Positions 59,220 to 64,000 of a DNA stretch of 64,000 nt are shown one piece after another (within the stretch, counting starts at the first letter, position 1; each line of letters opens with the position of its first letter). The translations under genes and the position numbers were made by a program. The stretch is taken from positions 121,708,001 to 121,772,000 of the forward strand of contig NC_087437.1 of the NCBI RefSeq assembly GCF_036321535.1, written 5' to 3'. This stretch comes from Camelus dromedarius. Its lineage: Eukaryota. Below the pieces are notes generated by a model that made no database searches, had not been told where the DNA came from, and saw only the letters and a list, made by a program, of their open reading frames with translations.

Positions 59220-60869
59220 GTAAAGCTTCTCCGGGGATGCTGTGCGCCTCGGCGGTGTGTGCGTGTGCGCGGAGTGTGTGCCCAGCGTGTGTCCGTGTCT
59301 CTGTGTGTCAGGCGAGGGGCTCCCGCCCGTCACACTCACGCCGGACTTCAGGGTCTGCTCCCACCTGACCCCTCGCTGCCTTGTGTTTTCTGCTGCCTCC
59401 GAGGGGCTGGCGGGACCGGCCTGAGGGTGCCTCCCCTTCCCAGCCTGGGGGCAGCGGAGTCCCCGGACGTGAGGCCAGTGCTGAGGGAGGAGGTGCAGGG
59501 ATGCCTCTGCCCAGGGCCGCCGCGAGGAGGCCGGTGTCTGGGGCCAGGAAGCCCCTATGGACTCGGAGCCCGGGACGCAGTGGAGGTGGACGTGCCTTAG
59601 CGCACAGCCTGTCGCCGTGTGACAGGCGGCCACAAAGTTGCCTCGCTGTCGCCAGTGGAAGGTCGGCCCACACGGCGCCTGGGGCTGCCTTCCCTCCGGG
59701 AGGATCGGGTTCCTGGCCTTCAGGTGTATGGAGGGTCCCGGCCCCCCATGGCTGTAGGACAGAGGTTCTGGGTACCTCACTGCTGTCAGCCAGGGGTCAC
59801 TCTCAGGTTCGCGAGGCCACCGTACCCCCAGCTCCCGGCCCAGCAGCCCAGGCAGGTGGAGGCCTTCTCACCCTCCGGATCTCCCTACCACCTCTCCCGC
59901 CTCCTCTTCTGTGTGGGGGCCTGACGTGAGGACGGGGTTCCACACACTCTCCTGTCCTGACCTCAGCAGGTGTGACCTGTGAACGACTCTCCAAGGCCCC
60001 TGCGCACCAGTGCCAGGGTTAGATCTGACCCAGCAGCCAGGGGACGGGGGGCTTAGGGAGACAGCTGCACAGCTCTGTCTGCCACACTCACGCCAGAGGT
60101 TTAGGAGATTGCACGGACTTCTTGTAACTTCGGAGAAGAGCACGTACTGCTTTTTAGAATCACTGAAACAATGTGTGTCAGTGCGGCCAGCTCAGGAGCA
60201 GGAAAGAACAGGAGAGAGTTGCTCGCTGTCCCCGGGTCCCCACTGTTCGTGCCCTGTGTCCTTCCATCGGTGCTCGGGGACGTGTGCCTGTTGTATCTGT
60301 CACAGAGACGCTTCTCGAGGGCACGGCCGGGTCCCCAGCATCCTGAGTGAGGGACGCCCCCGCCCGGGCCGCAGGGTCCGCCCGCCCCGGCCCCGCTGTG
60401 CCCTGCGGCCTGGGTCCCGGTCCAGGGGCCATCCTGGGGCCCTTGGGAGGCTGCCTGACGGGTCTGGGGTCATTTTTTGTTCGCCTTTGTTTGGAGGTTT
60501 CATCAGAGTGTGTTTGACGGACAGCGCTGTGTCAGACCTGGAGGTCGTCGAGCTAAGCGGAGCCGGTCAGACGAGGCGGGCAGGCCTCCTGCACCACGCT
60601 CGGTCTGTGGGCTGTCTCGTCGTTTTGTGGGCAGTGACCTAGGAGAGCGAGGTCTTGGCTTTGGTGCAGTTAGATGAGGCTCTCACGCTGGTGTCACATC
60701 TGTCCCACAGGGTGAGGCTTCCTCTCAGGCCTGGACCCTGGACGTGGCCCCACACGCCGCGCTGGGTCCACGTCCCAGGGGCTCCGGCCCGGTCTACCGG
60801 GAGGGCCGTGCTTTGCCTGCTGCGTTGCATCCGTGCCTTTGCTGAGGACTGCGCGTGTGCGGGCCCTCT

Positions 60870-61270
60870 CCGGACCCTGCTTTGTTTGCGGCACGTCTGA
60901 CCGTCTTGACAGCTGTTCCTCAGGGTCCCATCGCTTGGCTTTGTAATCTCCCTGAAACCGGGCGCTGTGAGGCCTCCGGCTCTGCTCTTCCTTTGCAGAC
61001 CTGCTCTGGTGCTCCATGTCCGCGTTTTCACAGGAATTTTAGATTCAGTTTGTCAGGTTTTGCAAGATGGCTTGCTGGGGTTTTGACTGGAGTGTTGCTG
61101 ATGCTGGAGGTAAATTTGGGGGACGGTCTTGGGCGGCCGGCAACGCTGTCTTCTGACTCCAGAACACAGGGCCTCTCTCCTTTTGTCCATTTAGGTCTTT
61201 GCTTTCTCTGAGCGATGTGTTTGCAGTTCTAGATGCTCTTTGGGGCAGGGATTTTAAATTTGCCTTAAAT
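60870..61270 (-). mobile_element. Degraded L1 ORF2 fragment
   Basis: gaattttagattcagtttgtcag...gctggggttttgactggag...taaatttgggg...tccatttaggtctt. Confidence 0.6.
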
Positions 61271-62332
61271 CGTGGTCATTTAGGCCTGGGAGGGTTCCAC
61301 CAACGCGGGCGCGGGGCAGGGCTGCCCTCTGGTGGCCGACTGGGGACGCATGGTGGGTCCGCGGTGGGTGCAGCCGGGGCTGGTTGGGGCTGCTGGGCAC
61401 CCAGGAGGCACTGACAGGAGGCTGGCTCACTGAGCAGTGCCCGGGGGCAGGCGCTGGCCGAAGGCAGTGGTGGGTGTCCCCCCGTGGAGCGGCCACAGGT
61501 GTGCCCCTCCCGGGTGGCCCATCCATATTCGGTTTAAGGGCCTCGTGTCCCGTCCAGCCCCCACGCTCAGCGTCCAGCACTGTCAGAGCAGGACCAGGAC
61601 TCAGCGAGGGCAGAGAGCCCCCAGGAGCACGTGACGTTTAAAAGTGGCGTGAATCCTGGCTTGTAATTGACTCAGCAGAGCTGACACTATTGGAGGAAAG
61701 CTTTCGGGGAGCCCCAGATTCGACTCCATCGCGAAGGGGAAGATGCCACACCACACCCAGTCGGGTGTGAACCGGCAGGCGGGGGAGGGGAGGCGAGCAG
61801 GACGATGTGTCGGGCCAGGCGTCCACACTGCGGGCGTCCATACTGCGGGCGCTCTTCTCCGTGTTCCGTTGCTTTTACAGCTCTGTGGGAACCACCCTTA
61901 GCTCAGGCCAGGGGTGGATTTGGCCCGCGGGCAGACCCTCGACGGGTCTTGAAACCCCCACCGTCACCCCTCCAAGAGGAGCCGCAGGGGGTCTGCCGGG
62001 CCTGGCAGGTCCCCAGGGCCCGCGAGAGACTTGCGTGTGTTAGGTCACCACGCAGAACGCTGCTGCATTTCCCGAAGGCGAGTCAGGCTCTCGGACGCTC
62101 TGGCTCTCGGGAGACATGTGGCATTCGGGGAGAAGGGCTGTGATGGGAGCAGCCGACTCTGAGGACTCGTCCAGAGGAGGAGTGATTGAGTGTGTGAGGC
62201 AGAGGGAGCTGGGGCGCCTGCTCTGGGCCCGGCTGGGACTGAGCACCGGGCCATGGGCAGGGGCAGCCCTGGGAGCAGGGGCGGTGAGCGGAGGCCACCC
62301 TGGGGTCTGATGGCCACCTGTGCCTCCCCCAG

Positions 62333-62409
62333 CTCAGACCCTCCCCAGCTCAGGCGCCGTCACCGCGTGGGACAGGAGCGTGTGGAGCCCTGGGGGCAGC
62401 CTGGAAGAG
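62333..62409 (+). CDS. COL18A1: COL18A1 exon 8
   Basis: cctcccccag| (A)QTLPSSGAVTAWDRSVWSPGGSLEE |gtgagg; 77 nt, phase 1 to 0. Confidence 0.9.
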
Positions 62410-62805
62410 GTGAGGCCACCTCCCCGTGACCCAGGACCACGGGGACTCCAGGGTGGTCGGTGTCCTGGGCCTGCCCACTGGGGCCCCCGCTGAAGCCCTG
62501 GGGCTCACAGTGTCCTTTGTGCCCCCTCCCACACCCGGTGCGTGGTGGGTTGTGGTGGGTCGTGATGAGCACTGCAGCCACCAGGTGTCCAGGGCTGGGG
62601 AGGCCCCCGGGCTGAAGCACGGGGAACCCATGATCAGACGGGTCTGCTGGACGGCAGGCAGCCCCCCCGCCAGTGCCCACGTGTGTCCGCTGAACATGTC
62701 CACTTTGCATGTCCTGCGTGTGTCCCCGTGCCTGTCCACCCCATGCCCAGCCCAGGACAGGTGTGTGGCTCCTCCCAGCCTGAACCCTCTCCTCTTTGTC
62801 CCCAG

Positions 62806-62991
62806 CGAGGCCTGAAGGGTCAGAAGGGGGAGCCAGGCGCTCAGGGTCTGCCCGGCCCGGCGGGTCCCCAGGGTCCTGCGGGACCAGTGGTGCAGAGCCC
62901 TGACGCACAGCCTGTTCCCGGGCCCCAGGGACCCCCTGGACCCCCAGGACCACCGGGGAAAGATGGCGCCCCTGGAAGGGATGGCGAGCCT
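62806..62991 (+). CDS. COL18A1: COL18A1 exon 9 (first Gly-X-Y repeats, with an interruption)
   Basis: gtccccag| [62 protein letters not shown] |gtgagt; 186 nt. Confidence 0.96.
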
Positions 62992-63272
62992 GTGAGTACC
63001 CGTCTCCCCTCTGTCCAGTGGGGGTGGGCGCTTGGGCAGCAGGATCCTGGCCGCTCCATTCCCGGGGCAGAGCTGGAGGGTGGTCGGGGTGCAGGCGGAG
63101 CCAGCTCAGGGCCAGCGGGCGCAGACCCAGACCACAGCGCCCCGGACGGAAGGTGCTCCAGCTCTGTGCGCGTAGCCGCCCTCCGGGGGGGAGTCATTTT
63201 GCGGAGGGGCCTGGGGTGGGGGTCCGTTTCCATGTTCAGGCTGGGCACTAATGGTCTCTCTCCCGCCTTCAG

Positions 63273-63299
63273 GGTGACCCCGGCGAAGATGGGAGACCT
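63273..63299 (+). CDS. COL18A1: COL18A1 exon 10 (27-nt collagen micro-exon)
   Basis: Branch site cactaat, acceptor cttcag|, GDPGEDGRP, donor |gtaagt. Confidence 0.93.
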
Positions 63300-64000
63300 G
63301 TAAGTTGCTTTTCTTTCAGAGCCTCAGTTGTAAGTGACATTCCTGCAAGACCCTCAGGCTCTCCCCACACCCCCGGCCCCGGCCCCGGCCCCCACCCCCC
63401 GTGTGTCTTCACACTCACCGCACTGAGAGATTTCAGAGTGAAGCCATTTTGAAAATGCAACTTCATATTTGTTAAGAAAATAGAAGTCTAAGTGTTGATG
63501 GAAAAATACCAAGCTATGCATGTGTGCTGAGATGTTCGGACTCCCAGGAAGCCAAGGAGACAGACGAAAGGTGTAGCTTCCAGGCTCTTGGAGAAAAGCC
63601 TGTAACAGAGATGGACGTGGGGGTCGGGGCACGACACGTGGGAGAGAGGTGCTCGCAGGCGGCGTCTCGGGCACGTCAGTGTGAGAGTTCACACCGTAAA
63701 ACACTCAGTTCAGATTTTTAAAGATCGACAAGTGCTATTTCCAAGGAACAAAAAAATTACACAGGAAGGTTCCAGCGGAGGTTTGGGGAACAACAGCGCA
63801 GAGAACAGTGGCGGGGGGCGGGGGGCCTGCGGCGAGGTCAGGAGGGGGGGTTGTGTGTTGACACAGGGCTCGCCCCAGCCTCTTCGTACCTGAGGACGCA
63901 GCTTTGCTCAGCGTGGTGGGGGCCCGGGCAGAGTGAGAGCGCACGTGTGTGCACGTGTGCGCGTGAGCACACGGAGTCCGGGACCCAGGATTACCAAGCT

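Overview
GC-rich mammalian genomic DNA. The L1 3' UTRs look cetartiodactyl, possibly camelid, and I recognised no Alu, Bov-tA or PRE1 SINEs. The + strand carries the 5' part of COL18A1 (collagen XVIII): a CpG-island promoter with exons 1-2 (short isoform), a ~39-kb intron, exon 3 from the second promoter with two alternative donors (medium and frizzled-containing long isoforms), and exons 4-10 up to the first collagenous domains. The gene continues past the window. The main unexplained structure is in the ~39-kb intron. Its - strand holds a long series of exon-shaped blocks (pyrimidine tract-AG ... GT) with protein-like translations, several phase-compatible junctions and scattered premature stops. 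I read this as a large, unidentified multi-exon antisense gene, now decayed, lying roughly head-to-head with the second COL18A1 promoter. Other features: an old 5'-inverted (twin-primed) L1 with two younger L1s nested in it, MLT1 LTRs, GC-shifted old repeats, and a G-rich higher-order minisatellite upstream of exon 4. All identifications were made by eye and from memory; no database searches were run.
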